From: an uncultured Clostridia bacterium | GTDB lineage: Bacteria > Bacillota > Clostridia > Oscillospirales > Acutalibacteraceae | Reading direction: 5' to 3' | NCBI GenBank assembly: GCA_937919155.1 | Contig: CALFPM010000178.1 | Location: 1 to 49,546, forward strand | DNA: 49,546 nucleotides | Shown here: piece by piece, positions 1-10,340 of the stretch | Layout of the letters: each line of letters opens with the position of its first letter | Numbering within the stretch: the stretch's first letter is position 1 | Notes under the pieces: model-generated | Databases searched by the model: none | What the model was told of the DNA's origin: nothing | What the model saw: the letters and a program-made list of their open reading frames with translations, nothing else | Position numbers and translations under genes: made by a program

Positions 1-1
1 T

Positions 2-289
2 ATCGCTTTAATCAATCGCGAAGTAGTTCCAGCAATCGGATGTACAGAACCTATAGCTGTAGCTTTATGTGTTGCTAAAGCAACTGAAACATTAGGTTGT
101 CGTCCAGAAAAAATTCAAGCTTACTTAAGCGCAAACATCCTTAAGAATGCGATGGGAGTCGGTATACCGGGTACTGGAATGATAGGACTTCCTATCGCCA
201 TCGCCTTGGGGGCTTTAATCGGGAAAAGCGAATATCAGTTGGAGGTGTTAAAAGACAGCACTCCAGAAGCTGTTGAAGAAGGCAAAAAG
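2..289 (+). CDS. Partial YhaM/UPF0597 (serine/cysteine dehydratase alpha-family) N-terminal fragment, apparently joined chimerically to the next gene
   Basis: Frame open from base 2: IALINREVVPAIGCTEPIAVAL...SANILKNAMGVGIPGTGMIGLPIAIALGAL, the typical YhaM N-terminus. Similarity ends at AVEEGKK. Confidence 0.75.
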
Positions 290-814
290 CTGAGTTTTAA
301 CTTTGCAGCTCTCTTTTTCGCTCCTTATTGGTTTTTCTACAGAAAGCTTTATAAAGCAGGCGCGTTTTTCCTTGTGGCATTTGTGACAGCATCCATTCTG
401 CTCTCGGGCTTTACGGGTCAGATTTCAGCCGCGGTTGATGAATACAGCAGCAAGATTGCTTCTCTCGGCAGCGAAACAATGACCGAAGAACAAATCGCAG
501 AAATCGAGCCTGAGATTGAACAGTATGTTTCCGAATTCTATGAAAAAGTCAAAAAACCGTTGCTTATCACAACGGCGGTTTCGGTAATACTCAAGCTTCT
601 CTGCGCGCTTATTGCCGACAGACTTTACTACAAAAAGGTTCTTGAAGACCTGAAAGTAATCAGAGAAACCGTTCCCGATTTTCAGATGAAACGCCTGGTC
701 ATTGCCCGCAAAGGCGGTCTTTCGGCACTTGCATTCACGGCAAGCGTTCTCGGTGAAACAATGCTGATAAATGCACTCTATTACATTGCAGATATTATAA
801 GAGGAATTATTTAA
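281..814 (+). CDS. 3' part of a DUF2628-like membrane protein (5' end missing)
   Basis: GKKLSFNFAALFFAPYWFFYRKLY motif, TM segments, and a C-terminal 'ADRLYYKK...KGGLS' pattern. Stop is followed by the galU RBS. Confidence 0.65.
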   Translation, partial: GKKLSFNFAALFFAPYWFFYRKLYKAGAFFLVAFVTASILLSGFTGQISAAVDEYSSKIASLGSETMTEEQIAEIEPEIEQYVSEFYEKVKKPLLITTAVSVILKLLCALIADRLYYKKVLEDLKVIRETVPDFQMKRLVIARKGGLSALAFTASVLGETMLINALYYIADIIRGII

Positions 815-833
815 CTTCCGGAGGAGATTATTT

Positions 834-1718
834 ATGAAAGTAAGAAAAGCGATTATCCCCGCCGCAGGTCTGGGCACAAGAGTTCTGCCTGCATCAAAAT
901 CAGTCCCCAAAGAAATGCTCAATATCGTTGACAAGCCTGCAATTCAGTATATTGTTGAAGAAGCTGTTGCTGCAGGTATTGAAGATATTCTCATCATCAC
1001 AAACAGAGGCAAGGGCGCTATCGAAGACCATTTTGACCATTCATTTGAGCTTGAAGCAGGTCTTAAGGGCGTTCCCTCAAAGGAAAAACTCTATGAAGAT
1101 GTGAAAGCGGTTGCAAACCTTGCGAACATATATTTCATCCGTCAGAAAGAAACAAAAGGTCTTGCCCACGCACTTCTCTGCGGTAAATCATTTGTCGGCG
1201 ATGAACCTTTTGCAGTGCTTTACGGCGATGATGTTATCGTTTCCGAAGACCCCGTTACCGCACAGCTTACCCGTTGCTACGAAAAATACGGCAAGGGCGT
1301 TGTTGGCGTAAACGAAGTTTCCGAAGAGCTTATCCGCCTTTACTGCACCCTTGATGTTTCACCCATCGAGGGCGAGGACAGAGCAATGAACTGCACAAGA
1401 ATCATTGAAAAGCCTACCCCCGACCAGATTCTTTCTCTCTATGCAATTCTCGGCAGAATTGTTATGCCTCCCGAAACATTTGAACTCATCGAAAAAGGTC
1501 TTGCCGCAACTCCCGAGGACAAGGAATTCTATCTGACCGATGTTTTCACAGAGCTCGGCATGGCAGGCAAGCTTCTTGCATATGACTTTGACGGCAAGCG
1601 TTATGACATGGGCAACAAGCTTGGCATTATGAAGGCAAACTGCGAGGTTGCTCTCGACCATCCCGAAATCGGCGATGATTTCAAAGAATACCTCAAGGAG
1701 CTTGTAAAAACATTCTGA
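834..1718 (+). CDS. galU: UTP--glucose-1-phosphate uridylyltransferase
   Basis: KAIIPAAGLGTRVLPASKSVPKEMLNIVDKP, RQKETKGLAHA and YGDD motifs; GGAGG RBS. Confidence 0.95.
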   Translation: MKVRKAIIPAAGLGTRVLPASKSVPKEMLNIVDKPAIQYIVEEAVAAGIEDILIITNRGKGAIEDHFDHSFELEAGLKGVPSKEKLYEDVKAVANLANIYFIRQKETKGLAHALLCGKSFVGDEPFAVLYGDDVIVSEDPVTAQLTRCYEKYGKGVVGVNEVSEELIRLYCTLDVSPIEGEDRAMNCTRIIEKPTPDQILSLYAILGRIVMPPETFELIEKGLAATPEDKEFYLTDVFTELGMAGKLLAYDFDGKRYDMGNKLGIMKANCEVALDHPEIGDDFKEYLKELVKTF

Positions 1719-1731
1719 TAAAAACAATTCA

Positions 1732-1764
1732 CCCCGTGTTTTCATCAAACACGGGGCATTTTTT
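1732..1764. terminator. Intrinsic terminator between convergent genes
   Basis: CCCCGTGTTT/AAACACGGGG stem followed by a T-run. Confidence 0.75.
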
Positions 1765-2899
1765 ATCTTTTTTTCATTGTTGTGAGATTTTCGAATGAAA
1801 CGATATAACTGTCTTGCGTTGAATCTGTTCTGGGCGGATAATCCGTTGAAATTATCTGTGCCTTACCTTCAAACACCTGTTCACGGTGTTCTTCCGAAAC
1901 AGAGCCAAAACTATCCGCACGGGTGCGCACAACAACCTTTTTTTCATCAAATTCTTCGCGGTTTTTTATAAGATCTCGGGGCTTGTTGCAAAGAATAAAA
2001 GATGCGCAGTCACGGTCACAATCTTTTTCCCTGAGCATAGGGAACATAGCCTGAGATTTTATTGAAGGGTCAAGATCGATATATTTTTCGGTAACACTTC
2101 CCTCGTGGAGAAGAACAAGTATTTTGCCCTGCATATCGCTGACCTTGCACCAATCATCCGCCGCCCTCATTTCACCGAAAGACGAATAATCACGCAGCAT
2201 ATCCGCAGGGGTAAAAAGCTTTTCTCCCAAAGATTCTCTCAGCACTTTATCAAGTTCAACGGCATAATCAATGTTGAAAAAACTCATATTTTCCATAGGT
2301 AAAAATACGGGTTTGGGTTCAATGATAATTGTTACGGGAAGGTGATTCGGGTTGTTATCAGACCACATTGCAATTTCTTTCATACCCAGTGCCAGATCGC
2401 CGAAATAGGTTGACATTTCAAAATAAGGGCTGTGCATACAGGTGAAAGACACCTCACCGTCACGATCAATGGTTTCTATATCAATTTCAAGGCTTCTTAT
2501 TCCGCAGTTAAGCTGGTCTGTGGGAGTTTCGCTCCAGAAATCAGCTTGATTTGCTTTATAAATACCGAAAGTTACGCCCGAAACACTGCTGAAAAACTTT
2601 TTTGTTTCCTCAAAAGCGGGTGCCTGATAGCTGTTATGGGTTGCGAGAAAGCTGACTTCGTTGAATTTCATTCCCGCTTCAAGCTCTGCTTCAAGATCAC
2701 CCTCAAAAAAAGATGCCTCATCAACAGAAGCAATCTCGCCGTTTTTGTATGCCTGATCAAGAGCCTCCATACGGCTCAGCTGGCTGATTTTATCCCTTTC
2801 AAAAAGCTCGGTGCCCACGGAAAGCAATGTAAAAAGCACTGTTATTAATGATATTAATGACGGAATGAATCCTGCAACGGATTTCAGAATTTTCATCAT
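1763..2899 (-). CDS. Phosphoinositide-specific phospholipase C-like (PI-PLC-C1 type) membrane-anchored phosphodiesterase
   Basis: ATHNSY, QLNCGIRSLEID, CMH, HLPVTIIIEPK, RTRAD and AQIISTDYP motifs; N-terminal hydrophobic anchor. Confidence 0.8.
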   Translation of the reverse strand: MMKILKSVAGFIPSLISLITVLFTLLSVGTELFERDKISQLSRMEALDQAYKNGEIASVDEASFFEGDLEAELEAGMKFNEVSFLATHNSYQAPAFEETKKFFSSVSGVTFGIYKANQADFWSETPTDQLNCGIRSLEIDIETIDRDGEVSFTCMHSPYFEMSTYFGDLALGMKEIAMWSDNNPNHLPVTIIIEPKPVFLPMENMSFFNIDYAVELDKVLRESLGEKLFTPADMLRDYSSFGEMRAADDWCKVSDMQGKILVLLHEGSVTEKYIDLDPSIKSQAMFPMLREKDCDRDCASFILCNKPRDLIKNREEFDEKKVVVRTRADSFGSVSEEHREQVFEGKAQIISTDYPPRTDSTQDSYIVSFENLTTMKKR

Positions 2900-3004
2900 T
2901 TTTATTTTCTCCTTTTTTCCGAATGGGATTATTATATCACTTGTTCGGGAAAAATCAAGAAAAAACCTGCACGGATTTCTCCGCGCAGGTCATAAAGATA
3001 AAAA

Positions 3005-4801
3005 TTATTTGTAAAGAGGACCGTAGTTTTCGCAAGCTCTGAAGTCAGCGCCTTCAAGATCCTTTGTGCCGAATGCACCCCAGCAAGCGGGACGGAAGAT
3101 TTTCTCTTCGGGAACATTGTGGAGAGCAACGGGAATACGGAGCATTGATGCCATTGTGATAATATCTGCACCGATGTGGCCGTATGAGATAGCGCCGTGG
3201 TTTGCACCCCAGTTGTTCATAAGGTCATATGCGCTCTTGAATGCACCTTCACCTGTGCATCTGGGTGCGAACCATGTGCAGGGCCATGTGTAGTCTGTTC
3301 TCTTCCAGATTGTGTCTGAAACTTCATCGGGAAGTTCAACTGTCCAGCCTTCAACAATCTGAAGAACGGGGCCGAGACCCTTAACAAGATTAAGACGAAT
3401 CATTGTTGCAGGCATTTCTGCTCTTGTAAGGAAACGTGATGAATATCCGCCGCCTCTGAAGTAGCCGTTATCCGCTGCGTTCCAGGTTGTTGCATTGATA
3501 ATCTTTTCAGCGTCTTCTTCGGTAACGTTATACCATTCTTTCATGATGCCGTTGCCGTTTTCATCCTTAACTTCGCCGCAAGCGTCAAGGCAGCAAGCGC
3601 CTGAGTTGATGAGGTGGATAAATCCGCCTGCATCCTTTGCTTTGCCTTCGATGTCATAGCCTGTAACTCTCTTGACAGCGTCTGCGCTCCAGTGAGTACG
3701 AACGTCAGCAAACATCTGAGGTCTGTTTGTGAGCAATTTCATGAAGAGCATGCCGATGCCGTTGAGAACATCATTCTCTGTTGCAAGGATGTAGGGCTCT
3801 CTTACGCCTTCCCAGTCAAATGAAGTGTTGAGAAGTGCTTCTGCAAAGTCAGCGTTGGGATAGAAGTCTGTCCACTGTCTCTGACCCTGGAAACCTGCTG
3901 CGATTGCGTTGTGACCAACAGCTTCTTCTTCGCAGCCTTCGGGAAGATTTTCGTTGCCGTTCATGAGATCCTTGATGATGCACATCATCTTAACAACGAA
4001 TTCCCAATCCTTTTCTTTTTCTTCGTCACTCTTCTTTACGAAGTCGGGGTTCTTATCAAAGCCTTCCTTGCACTTTGCCTTTGTCCATGCGAGAGCCTTC
4101 TGATATTCAGCCTCATCATAGATGCCTTCTGACATTCGGCGGATAACTTCAACCTCGTCAACTGATTCAACTCTCATGCCGAGATATTCCTCAAGGAAAT
4201 CGGGGTCAATAACTGAGCCTGCGATACCCATGCAGGTTGAACCGATCTGAAGATAGCTCTTGCCTCTCATTGTTGCAACTGCAACAGCTGAACGTGCAAA
4301 GCGGAGGAGCTTTTCCTTAACATCTTCGGGCATTGAAGTGTCGTCAGCATCCTGAACATCCTTGCCGTAGATGCCGAATGCGGGGAGACCCTTCTGAGCA
4401 TGAGCTGCAAGAACTGATGCAAGATAAACAGCACCGGGTCTTTCTGTTGCATTGAAGCCCCAAACGCCCTTGATTGTCATAGGATCCATATCCATCGTTT
4501 CTGAGCCGTAGCACCAGCAGGGAGTAACGGAAAGAGTGATGTCAACGCCTTCCTTCTTGAACTTTGCTGCGCAAGCTGCTGCTTCTGCAACACGGCCGAT
4601 TGTTGTGTCAGCGATAACAACCTTAACGGGTTCGCCGTTTGAATAACGGAGATTTTCCTCGAAAAGAGCCTTGGCAGCCTTTGCCATATTCATTGTCTGC
4701 TCTTCGAGTGAACCTCTTACGTTAAGAGGACCTCTTCTTCCGTCGATAGTGGGGCGAATACCGATAACGGGATAATCGCCGATAAGTCTGCTTTTTGCCA
4801 T
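3005..4801 (-). CDS. fucI: L-fucose isomerase
   Basis: [39 protein letters not shown] and NWGANHG motifs; 598 aa. Confidence 0.97.
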   Translation of the reverse strand: MAKSRLIGDYPVIGIRPTIDGRRGPLNVRGSLEEQTMNMAKAAKALFEENLRYSNGEPVKVVIADTTIGRVAEAAACAAKFKKEGVDITLSVTPCWCYGSETMDMDPMTIKGVWGFNATERPGAVYLASVLAAHAQKGLPAFGIYGKDVQDADDTSMPEDVKEKLLRFARSAVAVATMRGKSYLQIGSTCMGIAGSVIDPDFLEEYLGMRVESVDEVEVIRRMSEGIYDEAEYQKALAWTKAKCKEGFDKNPDFVKKSDEEKEKDWEFVVKMMCIIKDLMNGNENLPEGCEEEAVGHNAIAAGFQGQRQWTDFYPNADFAEALLNTSFDWEGVREPYILATENDVLNGIGMLFMKLLTNRPQMFADVRTHWSADAVKRVTGYDIEGKAKDAGGFIHLINSGACCLDACGEVKDENGNGIMKEWYNVTEEDAEKIINATTWNAADNGYFRGGGYSSRFLTRAEMPATMIRLNLVKGLGPVLQIVEGWTVELPDEVSDTIWKRTDYTWPCTWFAPRCTGEGAFKSAYDLMNNWGANHGAISYGHIGADIITMASMLRIPVALHNVPEEKIFRPACWGAFGTKDLEGADFRACENYGPLYK

Positions 4802-4837
4802 TGTAATCTTCCTTTCTATGTTTGGTAGATTTAATTT

Positions 4838-6304
4838 TTATTTAATTACCGCTTTGAATCTCTCGTATGCCTCTGCCCAGGCTTCGGCATTTTCGGGAGA
4901 ATATTGGGCGGTTTTTTCGCTTGCTTTAACAACCTTTCTTGCCTGCTCAATGCTTTCGAGTGCACCGCAGGAGAGAAGCTGAACGGCAATATTGCCGAGC
5001 ACGGTTGCTTCAATAGGACCTGCAACAACCTTGCGGTTGCAGGATGATGCGGTCATCTGACAAAGGAGGGTATCCTTTGTGCCGCCGCCGATAACATGGA
5101 TTGCAGGGTAGGTCTTGCCTGTGCAATCTTCAAGGTTTTCAAGGGTAAGGCGGTATTTCATTGCAAGGCTTTCGTAGATGCAGCGCATAACCTCGCCGAC
5201 ACTTTCAGGAATTGCCTGACCTGTCTTTTCGCAGTAATCGCGGACACGCTGAGGAATGTTGCCGTGAGCAACAAATTCAGGGGCATCGGGGTCGATGAAG
5301 CATTTGAAAGGCTCTGCCGCAAGGGCAAGCTTTTCAAGGTCTGCATAGGAATAATCGCTGCCGTGTCTGTTCCAATGACGGCGGCTTTCCTGAATCAGCC
5401 AGAGACCGATGATATTTTTGAGAAAGCCAACGGTTGCGCCGTAGCCGCCTTCGTTGGTAACATTCATTGCAACGGATTTTTCGTTGACGATAGGTTCGTC
5501 AAGCTCCGTGCCGAAAAGCGACCATGTGCCGCTTGAAAGGAAAGCAAAATCCTTGCTCTCGGCGGGAACAGCGGTCAGTGCGCTCTGTGTGTCGTGGCCG
5601 CAGACACTGATAACATCAACCTCGTCAATGCCGCATTCCTCGCAGATATCCTTGCGGACTTTGCCGAGAATGCTGCCCGAGGGTTTGATTTCACCAAGCA
5701 GGCGTGAGGGAATTCCGAGTCTGTCAAGGATGCCCGTTGCCCAGCCTTTGGTTTTGATATCAACCATCTGTGAGGTGGTTGCGATTGAATATTCCGTTGT
5801 CATTTTGCCCGTCAGCATATAGCCGAAAAGGTCGGGCATAAAGAGAAGTCTGTCCGCTCTTTCAAGAATATGGGGGCGGTATTTCTTGAGAGCATAAAGC
5901 TGATAAACAGTGTTAAGCTCCATAAACTGAATGCCCGTTGCGCCGTAAAACTCATCGTTGGGAACGGTCTTTGCGCATTCCTCAATAAGACCCACCGTTC
6001 TTGCATCACGGTAATGCACAGGGTTTTCAAGCAGACAACCGAATTCGTCAATGAGACCGAAGTCAACGCCCCATGTATCAATGCCGATGCTGTCAAAACC
6101 GCCTGCAAGCTTCGCTTTGACAATGCCCTGCTTGATATCATAGAAAAGGCGCAGAACATCCCAATACATTGTGTCGCCCACTTTTACGGGGTCATTTGAA
6201 AAGCGGTGCACCTCTTCAAGGCTGATTTTTTCGCCGTCAAAGCTGCCGATGATTGCTCTGCCGCTTGATGCGCCGAAGTCAATGGCTAATACTTTTTTGT
6301 TCAT
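4838..6304 (-). CDS. rhaB: Rhamnulokinase-family FGGY kinase (likely L-fuculokinase by context)
   Basis: LAIDFGASSGR, GIDTWGVDFG, HDTQSA, SSGTWSL, TNEGG and GPIEATVLGN motifs; adjacent to fucI. Confidence 0.88.
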   Translation of the reverse strand: MNKKVLAIDFGASSGRAIIGSFDGEKISLEEVHRFSNDPVKVGDTMYWDVLRLFYDIKQGIVKAKLAGGFDSIGIDTWGVDFGLIDEFGCLLENPVHYRDARTVGLIEECAKTVPNDEFYGATGIQFMELNTVYQLYALKKYRPHILERADRLLFMPDLFGYMLTGKMTTEYSIATTSQMVDIKTKGWATGILDRLGIPSRLLGEIKPSGSILGKVRKDICEECGIDEVDVISVCGHDTQSALTAVPAESKDFAFLSSGTWSLFGTELDEPIVNEKSVAMNVTNEGGYGATVGFLKNIIGLWLIQESRRHWNRHGSDYSYADLEKLALAAEPFKCFIDPDAPEFVAHGNIPQRVRDYCEKTGQAIPESVGEVMRCIYESLAMKYRLTLENLEDCTGKTYPAIHVIGGGTKDTLLCQMTASSCNRKVVAGPIEATVLGNIAVQLLSCGALESIEQARKVVKASEKTAQYSPENAEAWAEAYERFKAVIK

Positions 6305-6345
6305 TGTTACTCCTTTGTTCCAAGTAAAAAATGAATAGCTTTATA

Positions 6346-6477
6346 AGTGCAAAGTTCAAAGTTCAGAGTGCAAAGTGTCGGAAGGGCTCTGCCCTTACCC
6401 GATTTTTATTTGTTGAATAAATACAATCGGAGCGAAGCGACCCTTAACTTTGCCCTTTGCTCTTTGCATTTTGCACT
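6346..6477. repeat. 132-bp intergenic palindromic repeat with 7-nt periodic arms (copy 1)
   Basis: AGTGCAA-AGTTCAA-AGTTCAG-AGTGCAA left arm, a conserved core, and a complementary CTTTGCN heptamer right arm ending TTTGCACT. Near-identical copy at 20253-20384. Confidence 0.9.
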
Positions 6478-6512
6478 CAAAAAACTCTTCATTGTAAACT
6501 TTTCCTTGCAGC

Positions 6513-6938
6513 TTACTGAATTACTACACCCTTCTTAAGGATAATGTTTGCATAGATTGCGGTTTCGCCTGTTGCGATAACGGCATATGCCTTCTTTGCT
6601 CTGTCATAGAATGCAAAACGCTCAACAAGCTCAATATTCTTTTCGCCTTCTTCCGCGGTGATTGTCTTTTTGTAATCGCTCCAGATGGGAGGGGGATTTG
6701 ATGCATCGCCGTTATCCATAAGTGCAACGGGAGCATCAACATAGGTATCAAGAGGCATCAGCTTAAGGATTGCTGCAAGGATTTCGTCAACGCCGTGGCC
6801 ATCAAGGCGAACAAGACGCTGTGCAATTGATGCTGAGGGGAAATTGCCGTCACCGATAACGATTTCGTCACCGTGACCCATTTCCATAAGAATCTTGAGA
6901 AGTTCGGGTGAGATGATGGGAGAAATGTTTTTAAGCAT
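6513..6938 (-). CDS. fucU: L-fucose mutarotase (RbsD/FucU family)
   Basis: MLKNISPIISPELLKILMEMGHGDEIVIGDGNFP...ERFAFYDRAKKAYAVIATGE...YANIILKKGV. True start at ATG 6938 (RBS AAGGA), not 7103. Confidence 0.93.
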   Translation of the reverse strand: MLKNISPIISPELLKILMEMGHGDEIVIGDGNFPSASIAQRLVRLDGHGVDEILAAILKLMPLDTYVDAPVALMDNGDASNPPPIWSDYKKTITAEEGEKNIELVERFAFYDRAKKAYAVIATGETAIYANIILKKGVVIQ

Positions 6939-6957
6939 AATGATTATCCTTTCTTTA

Positions 6958-8733
6958 TTACATAGTAGCATACATGCTGTACATATTGCTGTAAATGCCG
7001 CCCTTTGCCATAAGCTCGGAGTGGCTGCCCTGCTCTGCAATGCCGTCCTCGGTAAGCACAACAATTTCGTCTGCATTGCGGATTGTTGTGAGTCTGTGGG
7101 CAATGGTCAGGGTTGTTCTGCCCTTTGCAAGGCGTTCAAGGGACTCCTGAACAAGCTTTTCGCTTTCGTTATCGAGAGCCGAGGTCGCTTCGTCAAGCAG
7201 AAGAATGGGGGGATTCTTGAGGAAAACACGGGCAATTGAAATTCTCTGTTTCTGACCGCCCGAAAGTTTGACTCCTCTTTCGCCAACATATGTATCGTAG
7301 CCGTTGGGCAGAGAGCTTATAAAATCGTGAGCGCCTGCTTTCTTTGCGGCTTCAACGATTTCTTCATCCGTTGCATCCGATTTACCGTAAATCAGATTAT
7401 CACGGATTGTACCCGAGAAAAGGTAAACATCCTGAGCGACAACGCCGATATTTGAGCGAAGTGAGCGCAGGGTTATATCTTTGATGTTCTTGCCGTCAAG
7501 CAGGATATCGCCGCTTTCCGCCTCATAAAAACGGGGAATAAGGTTGCAGAGAGTTGTTTTTCCGCCGCCGCTGGGGCCTACAAGAGCAACATTGCCGCCC
7601 TTTCTGATGTGAAGATTCAGGCTGTGCAAAATTTCCTTTTCGCCTTTGACATAGCTGAACGAAACATCCCTGAATTCGATTTCGCCCTCAACGCTGCCGA
7701 TATCAACGGCGTTTTCGCCGTCCGCAATGTCGGCTTTCTCTTCCATAATTTCCGCAAAACGCTCAACACCCGTTATACCGCGGCTGAACTGCTCGCTGAA
7801 ATCAACGATTGTTCTGATTGAGCCGAGAAGCGTTGAAATAAGCAGAAGGCTTGCGGCAAAATCGCCTGCGGAGGTTATGCCCTCACGCATAAGAAGCGCG
7901 CCGATTGCAACAACAACAATGTATGTAATACCGTCAATGAACTTGACCGTTGCGTGGAATTTGGACATATAACCGTGGCTTCTGTTTCGGATTACCACAT
8001 ACTGCTCGTTGCCCTTGGCAAACTTTTCTTTTTCAACCTTTTCATTGGTGAAAGAACGCACAACGCGCACACCCAACAGGCTGTCCTCAATTCTTGCATT
8101 GATTTCACCCGCCTGATGGCGGCCCTGTTTGAATGTGTCGCGCATTTTTGTTCGCGATTTCTTGGTGAAAATAATCATAAAGGGCATCAGCACGAATATT
8201 GCCAGAGCAAAGCGGATATCCATTGATGCAAAAATAATGAAGCTTGCAACAAATTTGATAATGGTCATGAGCAGCATTTCAGGGAAGTGATGCGCCCATT
8301 CCGCAACATCAAAAAGGTCTGAGGTCATTCTGCTCATAAGCTGACCCACTTTTGTGTTGTCAAAGAAAGTGAACGAGAGGGTCTGAAGATGGTCAAACAT
8401 ATCCTCTCTCATTGCGTTTTCGATTTTTGTGCCCATTTTGTGGCCCCAATAGGACTGACAGTAGCTTGACAAACTGTCCAGACCTCTGAGTGCGATATAC
8501 GCAAAGCAAATCTGAAGAATCAGGATGTTTGTGAGCCCTGCAGGGTTTTCAACACCCTTGTCCGTGATGCCTCTGACAACCAGCGGCAGAATGATTTCGC
8601 ACGCGGCTGAAATCATTGCGCAGAGAAGCACCACAAGCTCCGTTCCCAAGTGCTTTTTCAGATAAGGAAAAAACAGTTTCATGAGCGCAACATTCTTTTG
8701 CGTGTTACCTTTTTTTATTTTTTTCTCTTCCAT
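6958..8733 (-). CDS. ABC exporter, fused permease/ATP-binding protein
   Basis: TM domain plus GPSGGGKT, LSGGQKQR and LLLDEATSALD. Confidence 0.95.
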   Translation of the reverse strand: MEEKKIKKGNTQKNVALMKLFFPYLKKHLGTELVVLLCAMISAACEIILPLVVRGITDKGVENPAGLTNILILQICFAYIALRGLDSLSSYCQSYWGHKMGTKIENAMREDMFDHLQTLSFTFFDNTKVGQLMSRMTSDLFDVAEWAHHFPEMLLMTIIKFVASFIIFASMDIRFALAIFVLMPFMIIFTKKSRTKMRDTFKQGRHQAGEINARIEDSLLGVRVVRSFTNEKVEKEKFAKGNEQYVVIRNRSHGYMSKFHATVKFIDGITYIVVVAIGALLMREGITSAGDFAASLLLISTLLGSIRTIVDFSEQFSRGITGVERFAEIMEEKADIADGENAVDIGSVEGEIEFRDVSFSYVKGEKEILHSLNLHIRKGGNVALVGPSGGGKTTLCNLIPRFYEAESGDILLDGKNIKDITLRSLRSNIGVVAQDVYLFSGTIRDNLIYGKSDATDEEIVEAAKKAGAHDFISSLPNGYDTYVGERGVKLSGGQKQRISIARVFLKNPPILLLDEATSALDNESEKLVQESLERLAKGRTTLTIAHRLTTIRNADEIVVLTEDGIAEQGSHSELMAKGGIYSNMYSMYATM

Positions 8734-8871
8734 TTTTTCTTTCCCTTTTATATATTTTTACAGTTTATATTATGTAACAATTTTTATTATTTGTAAAGAC
8801 TTTTGAAAAAGAAATTATGCTTTACATTTGAAATTTTCTCTGTTAGAATATTTTCAAGGAGGAGATTCATT

Positions 8872-10293
8872 ATGAAAAAAATTGTTTCACTTATTCTCGC
8901 TGCCGCAATGCTTCTGAGCTGCGGAATCACATCCTTTGCATTCGATAAAAAATCGATGACCGAGGATGAATGGAAAGAAGTTTATGCAGAGCTTCGTGAC
9001 GAAAACACCCTGCCGACACTCTGCGTAGGTGCAGACCAGACTCAGCTCAACCTCTGCTGGCACGCCGCAAAAGACAAGGCTCAGCCTAAAGTAAGACTTG
9101 CAAAGAATGCAGAAATGACAGACTACGTTGAATTCACGGGCGAAAACACTCCCGCCGAAAACGATGAGCAGCTTGTCTGCCGCGTCACAATGACAGGCAT
9201 TGAAGAAAACACCGTCTATTATTATCAGTATCTCAGCGAAAACGGCTGGAGCGAAGCTTATAAATATGAATCAAAAGGCTTTGACAGCTACAAAATGATG
9301 CTTATCGGTGACATTCAGATCGGCGGTCAGTCAACTGACAACCCCGAGGAGCAGTCCAGAATCGGTTATGTGTGGCAGAGCGTGCTTGATGAGGCTCTCA
9401 CCAAAAATCCCGACATCAGCTTCCTGCTTTCCCCCGGCGACAACACATCAACAGGCAAAGCCGCTGATGAATGGCAGACTCTCCTTATGCCTGAATACAC
9501 AAGAAATCTTCCCATGGCTCTTGCAATCGGCAACCACGACAAAAAGGGCATGATGTATGATTACTATACCCATATGCCCAACGAATTTTTCGGCAAATAT
9601 TTCACGGGTCTTGACAGAGATTTCTGGTTCCGCTACGGCGATGTGCTTTACCTTGTTTTTGACGCCTGCTCAGGCTCTGCAGCAGACCACAAGGCAATGG
9701 CAGAAGAAGCGGTAAGCAAGAATCCCGATGCAAAATGGCGCATCGGCGTTATGCATCAGGCTCTTTATGCACCCGGCATTGCGGCTCTTGAACCCGAAAC
9801 AGGCTTGCTTCTCAACGCAGTTTTCCAGCCTATCTTCACAATGTATGACCTTGACATAGTTTTCACAGGTCACACCCATATGCAGGGCAGAAGCCACTTC
9901 ATAAAGGACGGCATTGTTGTGGGCAAGGCTGAAAGCGGCAAAACCTACACCGACCCCAACGGCATCATTTATCTCAACACCAATGCCTGCTGCGACCAGG
10001 GTTCAATTGAAGGCATGGATAAATGGCCCCACACCGCATATTCATTTGAAAACGCAGATGTCACAACATACTCAACGGTTGAATTCACCGATTCAACAAT
10101 GTCAGTCAAGACATTCCGCGGTGACAACAGCGAGCTTCTTGACAGCATCACAATCGAGAAAACCAAGGATTTCAAGGATAAACCTGTCAGCAAGTTTATC
10201 CGCTCCACTCTTTACAAAGCGGTTGAACTTCTCGGTCTTGTTTATATGAAGATAGACGAGGTTGTTGTTGCAATCAGAGGCGGACATTTCTAA
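8872..10293 (+). CDS. Secreted purple-acid-phosphatase-like metallophosphoesterase with FN3-like N-domain
   Basis: Signal peptide MKKIVSLILAAAML; GDIQ, PGD, GNHD, MHQ and GHTH motifs; start placed after the AGGAGG RBS. Confidence 0.88.
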   Translation: MKKIVSLILAAAMLLSCGITSFAFDKKSMTEDEWKEVYAELRDENTLPTLCVGADQTQLNLCWHAAKDKAQPKVRLAKNAEMTDYVEFTGENTPAENDEQLVCRVTMTGIEENTVYYYQYLSENGWSEAYKYESKGFDSYKMMLIGDIQIGGQSTDNPEEQSRIGYVWQSVLDEALTKNPDISFLLSPGDNTSTGKAADEWQTLLMPEYTRNLPMALAIGNHDKKGMMYDYYTHMPNEFFGKYFTGLDRDFWFRYGDVLYLVFDACSGSAADHKAMAEEAVSKNPDAKWRIGVMHQALYAPGIAALEPETGLLLNAVFQPIFTMYDLDIVFTGHTHMQGRSHFIKDGIVVGKAESGKTYTDPNGIIYLNTNACCDQGSIEGMDKWPHTAYSFENADVTTYSTVEFTDSTMSVKTFRGDNSELLDSITIEKTKDFKDKPVSKFIRSTLYKAVELLGLVYMKIDEVVVAIRGGHF

Positions 10294-10303
10294 TTAAGAC
10301 AGC

Positions 10304-10340
10304 AAAAAGGCTTGTGCAGATTTTGCACAAGCCTTTATTT
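10304..10340. terminator. Bidirectional intrinsic terminator
   Basis: AAAGGCTTGTGCA/TGCACAAGCCTTT stem between convergent genes. Confidence 0.8.

Noticed and set aside
152..814. 220-aa ORF as a genuine novel YhaM-DUF2628 fusion protein
   Set aside because: Both parts are truncated, the join is at a microhomology near the contig end, and codon usage differs. A chimera is more likely.
8753..8782. dif-like site (TTTATATTATGTAAC)
   Set aside because: Only the right arm resembles dif. It lies in an AT-rich divergent promoter region where such matches arise by chance.
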